A stretch of DNA of 64,000 bases, taken from contig JAVJQW010000041.1 in the NCBI GenBank assembly GCA_040218735.1, positions 288,001 to 352,000 of the forward strand, written 5' to 3'. The notes under the pieces are model-generated. The model was not told the DNA's origin. It worked only from the letters and a program-made list of their open reading frames with translations, and did no database searches. Positions within the stretch are counted from its first letter, which is position 1. Each line of letters starts with the position of its first letter. This document shows, piece after piece, positions 19,117 through 29,181 of this stretch. The translations under genes and the position numbers were made by a program. The stretch comes from Deltaproteobacteria bacterium. GTDB lineage: Bacteria > Myxococcota > Kuafuiibacteriia > Kuafuiibacteriales > Kuafuiibacteriaceae.

Positions 19117-20703
19117 TCACGCGAGCAGGTCGTCGGCGAAGACCACGATCGAGAGGATGACGACGAAGTAGGTGATGAGCACCGCGTAGGTCTTCAGCCA
19201 CTTCTTCTCCTCTTCGACGATGCCGTCGAAGGTCAGCGTATAGCGTCGTTGTTCCTCGCTCGGCGGCGCGGCGAGCGCGCTGGCGGCGAACGCGGCGGCG
19301 GCGGCGACGATCAGGCCGGTGAGGTTCCACCACATCCAGTACAGGCCCGGCGCGAAGATCCACAGGCCGAGGTTGAACGCGACGCCGACGATGACGCCCG
19401 CGATGACGCCGGTCTCGTTGACGCGCTTCGAGAGCACACCGACCAGGAACGACGCGAGGATGGGGCCGTAGAAGGCCGAGCCGATCTTGTTGATGGCCTC
19501 GACGATCGTGCCGGACATCCCGCCGACGAGGAACGCCATGCCTGTGATCGCGGCGCCCCAGATCACGGTCGTGATCCGTCCGACGCGCAGCAGCTCGTCC
19601 GACTTCAACGCGCGGCGCCGCTCGATGAAGTCCTTCATCGTGGACGCCGACAGCGAGTTGAGCGCGGAGTCGAGGCTGGACATCGCGGCCGCGAGGATCG
19701 CCGCGAACAGGACCGCGCGCAGGCCGGTCGGGAGCTTGTGCAAGATGAATTGCGGGACGAGGTAGTCCGGACGCTCCGCGGGGACCACCGACTGCAGCTC
19801 CGGCGAGGCGAGGTACGCCGCGCCCATCGCGATGCCGAGGATGAGGTACAGGACGGTGAGCGGGAAACGCAGGAGCCCGTTGAGGACGAGCGAGCGTTTT
19901 GTGTCGGCGAGCGTCGGCGCGGAGAGCTCGCGCTGCGCCTGGCTCTGGTCGACGCCGTAGTACGAGATGTAGAGGAACAGGCCGCCGACGAGGAACCCCC
20001 AGAACGGGGTCTTCGCGCCGTCGAAGATCCCGGTGCCGGGATCGAACGCACGCCACCGGTCGGGCGGCAGGCTGTCGAACGCCGCGGCGGCGCCGCCGGC
20101 TTCTTCGAAGCCGATCGCGATGCATAGCAACAGGCCGCCCACGAGCACGACCATCTGCACGACGTCGGAGTACACGACGGCCGCCATGCCGCCGATGGTG
20201 TCGTAGATGACGGTGACGACGCCGATGAGCAGGATGGTCGCCCACAGCGGCGTGCCGAGGCAGACCTCGAGGACGATCGCGCTCGCGTAGACCCCGACGC
20301 CCGTCCCGAGGCCGCGACTCAGCAGGAAGACGATGCTCATCATCGAACGAGCGCGCGGACCGTAGCGCAGCTCGAGGTATTCGTAGACGGAGACCAGCTC
20401 GAGGCTGCGGAAGAACGGGATGAGCAGCACCATCACCACGATCATCGCGAGCGGGACGGACAGCTCGTACTGCAGCCACGTCAGGCCGCCGCCCTCGACG
20501 AGCGCGACGAACGCGGGGATGGAGATGAACGAGACCGCCGAGGTCTGCGTCGCCATCGTGGAGATGCCGACGGCCCACCAAGGGAGGTTGCGGCCGCCAA
20601 CGTAGTAGTCGTCGGCGTCCTCTTGGCCTCGCCCGAGATACACGGACAGACCGATCATCCCCGCGAGGTAAACGGTGATGACGATCCAATCGAGGGTGGT
20701 CAC
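19117..20703 (-). CDS. Sodium:solute symporter
   Basis: YYVGGRNLPWW, SVYEYLELRYG, DQSQAQR, AAAMSSLDS; many TM helices. Confidence 0.92.
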   Translation of the reverse strand: MTTLDWIVITVYLAGMIGLSVYLGRGQEDADDYYVGGRNLPWWAVGISTMATQTSAVSFISIPAFVALVEGGGLTWLQYELSVPLAMIVVMVLLIPFFRSLELVSVYEYLELRYGPRARSMMSIVFLLSRGLGTGVGVYASAIVLEVCLGTPLWATILLIGVVTVIYDTIGGMAAVVYSDVVQMVVLVGGLLLCIAIGFEEAGGAAAAFDSLPPDRWRAFDPGTGIFDGAKTPFWGFLVGGLFLYISYYGVDQSQAQRELSAPTLADTKRSLVLNGLLRFPLTVLYLILGIAMGAAYLASPELQSVVPAERPDYLVPQFILHKLPTGLRAVLFAAILAAAMSSLDSALNSLSASTMKDFIERRRALKSDELLRVGRITTVIWGAAITGMAFLVGGMSGTIVEAINKIGSAFYGPILASFLVGVLSKRVNETGVIAGVIVGVAFNLGLWIFAPGLYWMWWNLTGLIVAAAAAFAASALAAPPSEEQRRYTLTFDGIVEEEKKWLKTYAVLITYFVVILSIVVFADDLLA

Positions 20704-20810
20704 GGGTCTGTCATGCGTTATCGGGTGCGCAGAGGGACCCGTTGCGTCGCTCCGGGTGGGCCGAACGGCCCACGTGGTAACGCCCCACGGAACGCGGCAG
20801 GATCGGGGCG

Positions 20811-21647
20811 ATGCGTAGCTTGGCTTGGCTGGTGCTGCTCGTGCCGAACGTCGCGCTCGCCGGAGCGTCCGTCTGGATCCCCGTTCGCGCGGCGAGCGTG
20901 AAGGCGGGGCAGCCGATCACGCCGGACGTCGACGACGGGAAGTACGGCGCCGAGAACGCCATCGACGGCGACCCGTCAACGACCTTCGTCGTCGAGAAGG
21001 GACGTGTCCTCCGCATCGAGCTGGGCGGGACACCGCGGCTCCACTACGTCGAGCTGGTGCCGGGGTACGCGAAGAACGACAAGGTGTGGCGCAGGAATCG
21101 CCGCGTCACGAAGGTCCGCGCACGGACTCTTCTGAAGGGGGAAGCGCGGCCGTGGAACACGGCCGAGATCGACCCGCCCGACGAACGCCCGAAGTCGCTG
21201 GCGTGGCTCGGCGTCGCTCTCGGGCGTGAAGTGCGGGCCGATGCGATCGAGATCGAGGTGCTCGATTCGGAGGCGTCGAAGGTGAAGGGGCGCTCCGACG
21301 ACATCTGTATTTCGCACGTCCGTTTGCTGACCTTCGACGACGAGGCTCCCGCGCGCGGCCGCTTCGTCTACGACGATCGCCGATCGCCGGATCGCATGGA
21401 GCTCCCGTTCGAGCGCTTCGAGATCGAAGGGGGCCGGTGCTTCGGACACGAGCACGACAACACCGGCGGCGCGCTGACGAAGTTCGTCGGGTCGTGCACG
21501 GTGTCGAAGGGGCGGATGACGATGAAGGGGGAGCTCGAGATCCGAGAGCCGGAGGAGGTCTCGAAGGAGCCCTTCACCGGGACGTTCTCGTTCCGTCGGA
21601 TCAACGCGCGCCTCGTCCAGGTGGATGGCCACTTCTTCCGTCGCTGA
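20811..21647 (+). CDS. Secreted protein with discoidin/NADase-type glycan-binding domain
   Basis: Signal peptide; YGAENAIDGDPST...PGYAK...NRRV...DICIS. Confidence 0.6.
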   Translation: MRSLAWLVLLVPNVALAGASVWIPVRAASVKAGQPITPDVDDGKYGAENAIDGDPSTTFVVEKGRVLRIELGGTPRLHYVELVPGYAKNDKVWRRNRRVTKVRARTLLKGEARPWNTAEIDPPDERPKSLAWLGVALGREVRADAIEIEVLDSEASKVKGRSDDICISHVRLLTFDDEAPARGRFVYDDRRSPDRMELPFERFEIEGGRCFGHEHDNTGGALTKFVGSCTVSKGRMTMKGELEIREPEEVSKEPFTGTFSFRRINARLVQVDGHFFRR

Positions 21648-21717
21648 ATTCCACGCTGCTCTCACAAAGTTCGCGACCGCGTAGATCGTCGAGCCCGCCC
21701 GCGCGTTCCGTGACGGC

Positions 21718-22197
21718 ATGATTTCCACGCTGCTCATCGCCACGACGTTCGTGTGTTTCTCAGGCGCGGAGGTGTCCGCGTCCGACGATCCCGGCGCGGT
21801 CGTCGCGCTCACCGACCGCCTCGCCGAGATACCGCGTTACGGCGCCGAGGCCGTCAGCTACGACGGCCACATGCCCGAGGCCTTTCGGCTGTTCCTGGAG
21901 CTCGAGGCGTCCGCTACGGACATCGAGCTCGAGCAGCTGCTCCAGCACCGAAGCCCGGTGGTCCGTGCGTACGCGGTCCAGGGGCTCGCCCGCCGAGGTC
22001 GCTCGGGTGACGAGCTGCTCGCGTCGCTCGGTGGCCCGGAGGCGCACGTCGAGACGCAGATCGGCTGCCTCGGAAGATCGATGACCGTCCGCGAGCTCGC
22101 GGAGCACATCGTCGACTGGGAGCAGGCCCGCGCCAAACTCGACGCGGCACGACCCGACGCGGCACGACCCGACGCGGGGAGCGCTCCGGAGCGCTAA
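21718..22197 (+). CDS. Secreted HEAT-repeat hypothetical protein
   Basis: LLQHRSPVVRAYAVQGL helical repeat; hydrophobic N-terminus. Confidence 0.55.
   Translation: MISTLLIATTFVCFSGAEVSASDDPGAVVALTDRLAEIPRYGAEAVSYDGHMPEAFRLFLELEASATDIELEQLLQHRSPVVRAYAVQGLARRGRSGDELLASLGGPEAHVETQIGCLGRSMTVRELAEHIVDWEQARAKLDAARPDAARPDAGSAPER
22141..22177 (+). repeat. 15-bp tandem repeat (gacgcggcacgaccc) x~2.5
   Basis: Seen directly; encodes DAARP repeats. Confidence 0.7.
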
Positions 22198-23135
22198 CGC
22201 GTCGCCGGGGCCGCCTCGGTGGCCGCCCGCTCCAGCGGGAGGAGCGCCGCGTAGACGACGTCGTTGACGGGCGTCGCCACCCCCGCCGCGCGGCCGAGGC
22301 GAACGACGGCGCCGGTCCACGCGTCGAGCTCCGACCGCCGACCGGCCGCGATGTCACGCTGGAGCGACGACGTCCCCTCGTACGGCAAAGCGTCCACGAA
22401 CTGCATCGCGCGCTCGGCGGCGCTCGCGTCGAGGTCGACGCCGCGCGCGCGCGCGACTTCGACGATCTCCAGCATCGCGGCGTGCATCGTGCGGCGCGTC
22501 GGCTCCACGTCGCGGAACGCGCCGATCGGAACGCGACACATCGCGCCGACCCCGCCCACGGAGGCGACGAACACGAGTTTGTCCCAGACGAGGGACTCGA
22601 TCGCGTCGGAGAGGCGCGCCGCGACGCCGGCGTTCTTCAGCGCCGCCTTCAGCGCTTCGCCGCGCGGTCGAATCGTCCCGTCGAGCTCACCGAACCCGAT
22701 CCACGGCGTCGAGCCGACGTGAACGATCGTCCCGGGCGCTCCGAGGTGGCTGATGATCTTGCAGGTCCCTCCGAGGACGCGCTCGGCGCCGATACGCTCC
22801 GCGGTGCGGGCGGCGGCCTCCACGCCGTTCAGGAGCGGGACGACGCAAGTGTCCTCGCCGAGCAGCGGCTCGATCTGCGCGAGCGCGTCGTCGAGCTGCC
22901 ACGTCTTCACCGCGAGGAGCACGACGTCGACCGGGCCGATCGCCTTCGGATCGTCGTGCGCCTCCACGGATGTGAGGTGCAGCTCCCCGAGCGGGCTCTC
23001 GATGCGCAGGCCCGTGGTGCGGAGCGCTTCGAGGTGTGCGCCGCGCGCGACGAACGCGACGTCCTCCCCGGCGTCCTGGAGTCGCCCGCCGAAGTAACCA
23101 CCGACGCCTCCGGCGCCAAAGATCGCGAATCGCAT
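22194..23135 (-). CDS. panE: 2-dehydropantoate 2-reductase
   Basis: GAGGVGG, AVK, LLNG, WDKL, SSLQRD...SELD. Confidence 0.9.
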   Translation of the reverse strand: MRFAIFGAGGVGGYFGGRLQDAGEDVAFVARGAHLEALRTTGLRIESPLGELHLTSVEAHDDPKAIGPVDVVLLAVKTWQLDDALAQIEPLLGEDTCVVPLLNGVEAAARTAERIGAERVLGGTCKIISHLGAPGTIVHVGSTPWIGFGELDGTIRPRGEALKAALKNAGVAARLSDAIESLVWDKLVFVASVGGVGAMCRVPIGAFRDVEPTRRTMHAAMLEIVEVARARGVDLDASAAERAMQFVDALPYEGTSSLQRDIAAGRRSELDAWTGAVVRLGRAAGVATPVNDVVYAALLPLERAATEAAPATR

Positions 23136-23170
23136 CCCGCCCGCGAGTGTAGCTGCCTTCGACCGAGTTT

Positions 23171-24598
23171 TTAGAAGTGCATCATCGACTTCTCACGTTC
23201 GCGGCGCTCCTGCGCTTCCTTCGCGCGCCGTTCCATGTCCGCCTTTGCGCGGACCTCGACCGTGACCTTCGCCGTGGCGGCCGCGTCGATGCGGACGTAG
23301 CGCTCGAAGGTGCCGTCGGACTTCTTGCGCGAGACGGCGAGTGCCCGGCGCAAGTGGTCCTGCATCTCGGTGTTCATACACGCGACGAGCGCTTCATCCT
23401 CGCTGTCCACGTCGAGCGTGAACTGCGGATCGTCGACGCGACCGAAGCCGCTGACGCTCACTGCGAATGCGTCGTCGGTCGTGCGACACTTCAACGCCGC
23501 GTTGTACGCCGCGTTCTGCAGGCGCTTTTGGAACCACCGCGAGCCGACGCGCGGGGCGATGCGTCGCTCCCCTTCGACCCGCAGGCGCCACGCGCCCGGG
23601 CCGAAGTCGCGCAGCCCCTGCTCGAGGTAGTCGGCGAGGCAGGTCGCGACCTCGGCGTTCGCGGGCACGGTCGTCACGTTCGCTTCGACGCCCTCGCTCC
23701 CCACGCGGACGTCGAAACGCGCCTCGCGGACCAGCGCTTTAGGGCGAGGCGTGCAAGACGTGTCGTCCGAGCTCAGTCGAATGCGCGCGATGCGGTCCTC
23801 CAGGATGCGCTGCGGCGGGCGAATCGGGATGCGCGTCTCGAAGGCGTAGGTCTGAATCGTCTGGTCGTAGGCGCCGCGGCCTCGTTCGATGCGGCTCGCC
23901 TCCTCGACGAAACACGCGGTGAAGGGGTCGAGGCTCTGCGACGACACGTCGGCGCTCGCGTCGGGGAGCCCCGTGATGCTGACGCGCACAGAACGCGGCG
24001 GGCGGTGTTTCCGTGCGCACCGCAGGGTCAGCGCGTCCGCGCTCCCGAAGAGCGCCGCGCGCGTCGACGCCTCCGTCGGCACCGGCGAATAGCCGGGTTG
24101 AATCATCGCGAGCTCTTCGACGGTGAAGCCGTGCGCGCGGGCCCAGTCGAGGAGCTCGGGGACGTTCATCTGCGCGACGTAGGCGTACTCGAGCTCCGCG
24201 TCGATCGATCGCGCGAGCGCAGCGTGACCCGACGCCGCGATGAGGTGGCCGACGGCGCAGTGAACACCGCGGTCGTCGATGAAGCGCGGACGGCGGCCGA
24301 CGTATCCATCGACGCCGCGCCGCGGGAACACGCCGCCCCTTCGGTAGGTCGCGAGGATATCCAGGAGGTGCGTGCGTCGTTCACGCTGCGCCAAGGTGAG
24401 CGCCGATGTGTCGACGGACCGGAGCTTCGCCTCGACGAACGCAAGGTGGACCGCGATGCGGTCTTCGCTGCTCGCGTTCACCGGAGCGCTGCCGTGTGCG
24501 GCGATCCAGGAGCGGTCACCGAGGACGGCGTTGATCGCGTCGCCTCCGGGGGCGGCGCCGACGAGGAGCGCGGCGGCGAGGTACAACACGCCGCACAC
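23171..24598 (-). CDS. Secreted hypothetical protein with conserved-looking N-domain and three Cys-paired repeats
   Basis: FIDDRGVHCAVGHL...ELAMIQPGY, then three C...x...AC units. Confidence 0.6.
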   Translation of the reverse strand: MCGVLYLAAALLVGAAPGGDAINAVLGDRSWIAAHGSAPVNASSEDRIAVHLAFVEAKLRSVDTSALTLAQRERRTHLLDILATYRRGGVFPRRGVDGYVGRRPRFIDDRGVHCAVGHLIAASGHAALARSIDAELEYAYVAQMNVPELLDWARAHGFTVEELAMIQPGYSPVPTEASTRAALFGSADALTLRCARKHRPPRSVRVSITGLPDASADVSSQSLDPFTACFVEEASRIERGRGAYDQTIQTYAFETRIPIRPPQRILEDRIARIRLSSDDTSCTPRPKALVREARFDVRVGSEGVEANVTTVPANAEVATCLADYLEQGLRDFGPGAWRLRVEGERRIAPRVGSRWFQKRLQNAAYNAALKCRTTDDAFAVSVSGFGRVDDPQFTLDVDSEDEALVACMNTEMQDHLRRALAVSRKKSDGTFERYVRIDAAATAKVTVEVRAKADMERRAKEAQERREREKSMMHF

Positions 24599-24615
24599 GC
24601 TATCACTTCAGCCGC

Positions 24616-25731
24616 TCAGGGCTCGATGCCGAAGTACTGGCCCACCGTGGCGGCGTAGGCCGGGTCGTACACGCCGAGCGCGGTCACGGTGTCCTGCACC
24701 AGATCCGGAGCGGCCGCGTACAGCGCGTCGAGCTCGGAGTCGCTCGCGTTCACGAGCAGCTCGTCGAGGTCGCCCTTCGTCGCCGGGTCCGCACCGCCGA
24801 AGACCGTCGTCGCCAGGTAGTGCGTGGTGCGAAGGTGGTCCTGCATGGCCTGGATGCGCGCCGGGTCGACCGGCGTGTCCGCGGCAGGATCCGGGGTGAC
24901 GATCTCTTGCTCCACGAGGCTGAGGGCGTCGTCGTAGCGCTCCGGCACGAGGGTGTTGTCGAGCGTCGCGTCGATGCCTTCGGCGAGGCCTTCGGGGCCG
25001 CCCACCGCTTCGAGGATGGCCGGCTCCACCTGCGGATCGCCAGGGCGAATCGCCGGCTGCAGCGCCTCGAGCGCTTCGTCGGCGGGCGCGGCGAACGAGG
25101 GGTCGATGTACGGCTGCGCCGGGGACGCCAGACGTCCCGGGTTGTCGTCCGCGCTGACCTCGACGCCGTGACCGTCGGAGACCTCGGGCGTCACGACGCC
25201 GAGGGTGTCGACGATGTCATCCACGATCTCGGTGCGAGCTTCCTCGCGCTCTTCGAGCGTGGTGGGGATCTCGGGGCGACGCGCGGCGCGCTCCGCCGCG
25301 GCCTGCTCGAGCGCGGCGATGGTGTTCTCGCCGATGATGCCGTCGACCTTCTCGAGGCCCTGCTGCTCCTGGAAGCGACGCACGGCCGCTTCGGTCTGCG
25401 ATCCGAAGATGCCGTCCGCCTGCTGCCGGGGATCCGCCTCGGGGTTCAGAAGACCGAGCTCGATCAGGTGTTCCTGCGCGGCCTGGACGGTGTCGCCGGT
25501 GTGGCCGCGCATCAGCACGTGGGAGCCGTCGCGGATGTGGTCGAAGGCCGGGTTGCGATCGATCTCCACGACGTCAGCCGCGTCGACGCTCTCGCGATCG
25601 AGGAGCGCGGAGACGTCGGCGTCGGTCACGTCGCCGGTGGCCGCGGCCAACGCGCTGCGGTCGGCTTCGCTCAGGCCGAGGCCTTCGGGGCGCATGCGGG
25701 GGCGGATTGAATTGGTGACTTCGATCGTCAT
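24616..25731 (-). CDS. Peptidoglycan-binding domain protein
   Basis: GHTGDTVQAAQEHL...DGIFGSQTEAAVRRFQ...VDGIIGENT; no signal peptide. Confidence 0.75.
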   Translation of the reverse strand: MTIEVTNSIRPRMRPEGLGLSEADRSALAAATGDVTDADVSALLDRESVDAADVVEIDRNPAFDHIRDGSHVLMRGHTGDTVQAAQEHLIELGLLNPEADPRQQADGIFGSQTEAAVRRFQEQQGLEKVDGIIGENTIAALEQAAAERAARRPEIPTTLEEREEARTEIVDDIVDTLGVVTPEVSDGHGVEVSADDNPGRLASPAQPYIDPSFAAPADEALEALQPAIRPGDPQVEPAILEAVGGPEGLAEGIDATLDNTLVPERYDDALSLVEQEIVTPDPAADTPVDPARIQAMQDHLRTTHYLATTVFGGADPATKGDLDELLVNASDSELDALYAAAPDLVQDTVTALGVYDPAYAATVGQYFGIEP

Positions 25732-25788
25732 GGCGGTGTGTCCCTTCGGTGCTGGTTCGTTCTATTCGAGAGAATGGGGTCGGTAGCT

Positions 25789-26301
25789 TCAGCCGACGGA
25801 GAAGGCCCGTCGCATCCCGCCGCCGCGACGCGTCGGTGCGTTCGTGCGAGGCGGCGAACGACGCGCCCGCGCGGTCACGCCGGGCGGCGGCTGCAGGCCC
25901 ACGTCGATGTAGTCGGAGATCTTCGACGTGCCCTTCGGCGCGGCCTGGCCGTAGCGCGGCGCTGCCTTCACGGCCTTGCGACCGAGCCACGCGAGGCCCT
26001 TTGGCACGTGGTGGCCGAGGGTCCCCTTGAGCGCTTCGAGCACGGCGCGCGTCGCGGGGGTGTTCTTGAGGATGTGGACGATGCGCTTCGCCACCGCGGG
26101 CGCGTCGAGCTTCTTCTCGAGCGCGACGACGAGCCGCAGCACGCGCTTGAAGCCGTCCTGCGCCGTCGGGGTGCGCGCGAGCCGCGTCCACGCGTCGACG
26201 AGCGAAGCCTCGGCGTCCGCCGGGAGGAGGAACCGACCGTCGGGGCCGCGACGGAGGGTGTCGAAGAGGACGTCGAGCGGTGCGGAGGCGCCGTGCTTCA
26301 T
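25789..26301 (-). CDS. Hypothetical protein
   Basis: Helical ORF filling the gap, preceded by a sigma54-like site. Confidence 0.55.
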   Translation of the reverse strand: MKHGASAPLDVLFDTLRRGPDGRFLLPADAEASLVDAWTRLARTPTAQDGFKRVLRLVVALEKKLDAPAVAKRIVHILKNTPATRAVLEALKGTLGHHVPKGLAWLGRKAVKAAPRYGQAAPKGTSKISDYIDVGLQPPPGVTARARRSPPRTNAPTRRGGGMRRAFSVG

Positions 26302-26313
26302 GCCCCCTGTGAG

Positions 26314-26329
26314 TGCAGGGGGCGTGCCA
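26314..26329 (-). promoter_or_regulatory. Putative sigma54 promoter
   Basis: TGGCACG-CCCC-CTGCA, 12 nt before ATG 26301. Confidence 0.6.
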
Positions 26330-26342
26330 CGGGCGCGCGGGC

Positions 26343-27335
26343 TCAGGGCGTCGGATCGTGCGGGGATCGGTGTTGGGTCGATCCGACAGTGGCGGCTTCA
26401 ACCACCAAATTCTGGGACACTCGGCCCACCTCGAGGGCCCGACCCCAGAGCAGCGGTTGGGGTTCGACGAGCTGGAGGCAGGGCTCCATGTGGAGCGGCG
26501 AGGCGAGGCCGAGCACCGCCACCGTCCACACCCGGCGCGCGACCGAGGACCACCGCGTCACCCGGAGCCAACGCTCCACGAACACGACGGGGATCTGCAG
26601 CAGGAAGAAGGCGCCGATGACCGCGGCCCACCGCGCGCCGAGGGGCACCGCGATGAAGTACATGTGGAGCGCCGCGCTCGCCACGAACGTCGCGACGATC
26701 CCGAAGCGCGGGTGCCGGCGACGCGCGAGCGGACGATAGAACGTGCGCTCGAGGACCGCGCCGACGATGCGGTTCCAGCGACGGTTCCAGAACTCCGCGA
26801 CCGACCGCGACAGGATGGGCCGCACGTGGAACGGCGCGGGGTGCACGCCGCGGGCGTGGGAAACGAACAGCACGGTCGCGGTGAGCGCCCCCCACGCGGC
26901 GTAGCCGAACACCGCCGCGAGGAGCCAACGCAGCGCGAGCGCGTCCAACGTCTTCGCGCCGACGACCCACGCGCCGCCGAGCGTGATGACCGCGACGGCC
27001 TGGAACGCGACGAGCTCGAACAGCCGGGCTCCGTCGAAGTACGGCGCGATGCGCACCGCGATGCGCGTGTCGTAGAGCGCGAAGACGTGAAAGACACGTT
27101 GCGGGAGCGTGAGGTCGGCGGGGTCGCGGTTGAGATCGACGATCGTCAACGCTCCGAACGCGGCCGAGAGGGCGACCATCGCGCTGAGCCACGCGGGGTC
27201 CTTGGCGCCGAGCGGGGGGAGGGCGAGCGCGGCGAACGCGACCAGGTTGGAGATCCAGGTGCGCACGCCGGGCGCGCCGCCGATGGCGGCGGAGACCGCG
27301 AGGAGCCCGAAGACACTGGCGACGAGCAGGACCAT
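26343..27335 (-). CDS. MBOAT/wax-synthase family acyltransferase
   Basis: PILSRSVAEFWNRRWN and FVASAALH; multiple TM helices. Confidence 0.8.
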   Translation of the reverse strand: MVLLVASVFGLLAVSAAIGGAPGVRTWISNLVAFAALALPPLGAKDPAWLSAMVALSAAFGALTIVDLNRDPADLTLPQRVFHVFALYDTRIAVRIAPYFDGARLFELVAFQAVAVITLGGAWVVGAKTLDALALRWLLAAVFGYAAWGALTATVLFVSHARGVHPAPFHVRPILSRSVAEFWNRRWNRIVGAVLERTFYRPLARRRHPRFGIVATFVASAALHMYFIAVPLGARWAAVIGAFFLLQIPVVFVERWLRVTRWSSVARRVWTVAVLGLASPLHMEPCLQLVEPQPLLWGRALEVGRVSQNLVVEAATVGSTQHRSPHDPTP

Positions 27336-27594
27336 CCGGACTCGAAGCTACGGGCACTTCGGCTCGGCCGCTACTCGGCCACGTAATCACGTCGAGCGCA
27401 CGCCGGGCGGATTGTCCTGACCGACAACTGCGGCGGCTGCCACCTCCCGGACGACGCTGGACGAGATGTGTCTGCTCGCCGTTACGTTCCTTCACAAGGA
27501 GTAGCGCTCCTCGTCGCGGCGTGTAGCGGCGCCGAGCTCTCGAGCTCGTGTCTGCCGCAAGAGGTCTTCCGACGTGCGGTTGGAGCCCTGGGGA

Positions 27595-27834
27595 TCAAGC
27601 GCCGAGCAGCGTGGTCATCGCGCCGAGGAGGGACGCCGCGAGGCTCGCGTAGATGAAGCCCGGGCGCACGAGGCGTGACGGGGGCGCGAACTGTTCGAGC
27701 GGGATCTTGTCGGTGCTGATGATGTCGTCGTCGGTCAGCTCCACGACGCCGCTCTCGGAGGGGGCGGGGGCGCACTCGATGTCGGCCGTGATCTCGGTGA
27801 GCCACCCATCGATCGTTTCGAAGCCATTCATCAC
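27595..27834 (-). CDS. Small acidic hypothetical protein with C-terminal hydrophobic helix
   Basis: VVELTDDDII, then GFIYASLAASLLGA. Confidence 0.45.
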   Translation of the reverse strand: MMNGFETIDGWLTEITADIECAPAPSESGVVELTDDDIISTDKIPLEQFAPPSRLVRPGFIYASLAASLLGAMTTLLGA

Positions 27835-28016
27835 CCGGGACCATCGGCAGCCTGACGGGGCGCTTGAGCGAAAAAGGTAAGCCGAACCAATGGCTTACAT
27901 GGTTGCCTTCGACGTCGTCAGAACAGAAATCTCTGGGGCGACCGAGGGCCCGAGTCACCGGCGTTAGGACTGTGTTCGCGCAAAACGGCGCGACCCATCA
28001 GGTACCGACGCGAGGA

Positions 28017-28595
28017 ATGTCGGTTGCAAGCTATTCGACGGTGCGTCGCCGATTTGCCCTCGTCTCGCTGAGCCTCACGGCGGTCGCCTGCTCGACCGAC
28101 ACCTACGAGCTGCCCCCCCAAGGTCACCGAACGGAGTCGCCGGCGTGTACGTTCGGGCGCGGCACGTACGACTTCACGTTCCCGGAGGAGGTCGAGCTCG
28201 ACGTCGTCGAGTGCCGCCGCCACGCCGACTGTACCGAAGGCGACAATGGCCTTTGTTACTGGGACGGCTACCGCGCGGTGCTCTGTGAGTACGACGAGTG
28301 CCAGGACGACAGCGCGTGTCCGTTCGCCTGCCGATGCCGCACCGAAGAGGGCTCCGTCGCCAGCAACCGTTGTGACTTCGGAACCTGCAGCACCGACGCA
28401 GACTGTGAGGATGGGCAGTGGTGCCTCGAAGACGGTTGGCGTCCCGGCATGCTGATGTGCGAAGCCGGTCTCGCGTACACGTGCACCACGCCCGATGACG
28501 AGTGTGGTGGCGACGATCGGTGTGCGTTCCCGCGGTGCACCTACGACGCAGAGTTGGGCCATCGTGTGTGCCCCGAGACGGCCTGCAGCCCCTGA
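28017..28595 (+). CDS. Cys-rich lipoprotein
   Basis: Lipobox TAVAC; repeated CxxDxxC motifs. Confidence 0.7.
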   Translation: MSVASYSTVRRRFALVSLSLTAVACSTDTYELPPQGHRTESPACTFGRGTYDFTFPEEVELDVVECRRHADCTEGDNGLCYWDGYRAVLCEYDECQDDSACPFACRCRTEEGSVASNRCDFGTCSTDADCEDGQWCLEDGWRPGMLMCEAGLAYTCTTPDDECGGDDRCAFPRCTYDAELGHRVCPETACSP

Positions 28596-28644
28596 CGGAA
28601 CGGCAAAGGGGGGCCCGACCCCCGCGGCGGCGTGTATAGCCGGC

Positions 28645-29079
28645 ATGAACCGAATCGTGTTCGCCGCCGCGGTCGCGGCGCTGTCCTCGTTCGCCTGCGG
28701 TACCGGTGCGGACGACGACGGAACCGAGACCGCTGCGGCGCCGGTCGAGATTCGGCTCGACAACGACACCGGTCGCGACTTCAGCGAGGTGACGGTCGTC
28801 CATGGCACCGGGAGCAGCTTCGGTTACGGTGCGCTCGGCGCATCCGAAACGAGTGACTACGCTACCGCCGAGCGCGGCGCGTTCCGCTACGCGTACGTCA
28901 ACGCGGCGACCGACATCGGACGCTACGTCGTGCAGCCCATCGACTACGTCGGTGAAGCGACGCTGACCGCCGGGCGGTACACCTATCGGCTCTACCGCAC
29001 CAACACGTCGACGACGCCGGACTCCGTTGTCGATGGCGACGCGTTCTTCTACCTCGCACTCGAGCTTCGCGAAGACTGA
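28645..29079 (+). CDS. Lipoprotein, hypothetical
   Basis: Lipobox SSFAC; small beta-rich domain (FRYAY...QPIDYVGE). Confidence 0.65.
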   Translation: MNRIVFAAAVAALSSFACGTGADDDGTETAAAPVEIRLDNDTGRDFSEVTVVHGTGSSFGYGALGASETSDYATAERGAFRYAYVNAATDIGRYVVQPIDYVGEATLTAGRYTYRLYRTNTSTTPDSVVDGDAFFYLALELRED

Positions 29080-29152
29080 GCTGTGTTGGCCCAGGCCGTC
29101 AGCTGTATGGTGTTCCCACCAGTCGTAGTCTAGCGGACGCCGACCCTGGGGA

Positions 29153-29168
29153 TGGCCTCGGTCTTGCT
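29153..29168 (+). promoter_or_regulatory. Putative sigma54 promoter
   Basis: TGGCCTC-GGTC-TTGCT, 13 nt before ATG 29182. Confidence 0.55.
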
Positions 29169-29181
29169 CTCGGAGGCGGGC

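Noticed and set aside
20718-20725. CCCGATAA upstream of the symporter
   Set aside because: Mismatch to the box, longer spacing, and an ordinary membrane transporter downstream
27891-27906. TGGCTTACATGGTTGC as a sigma54 site
   Set aside because: GG-to-GC spacing is 11 rather than 10
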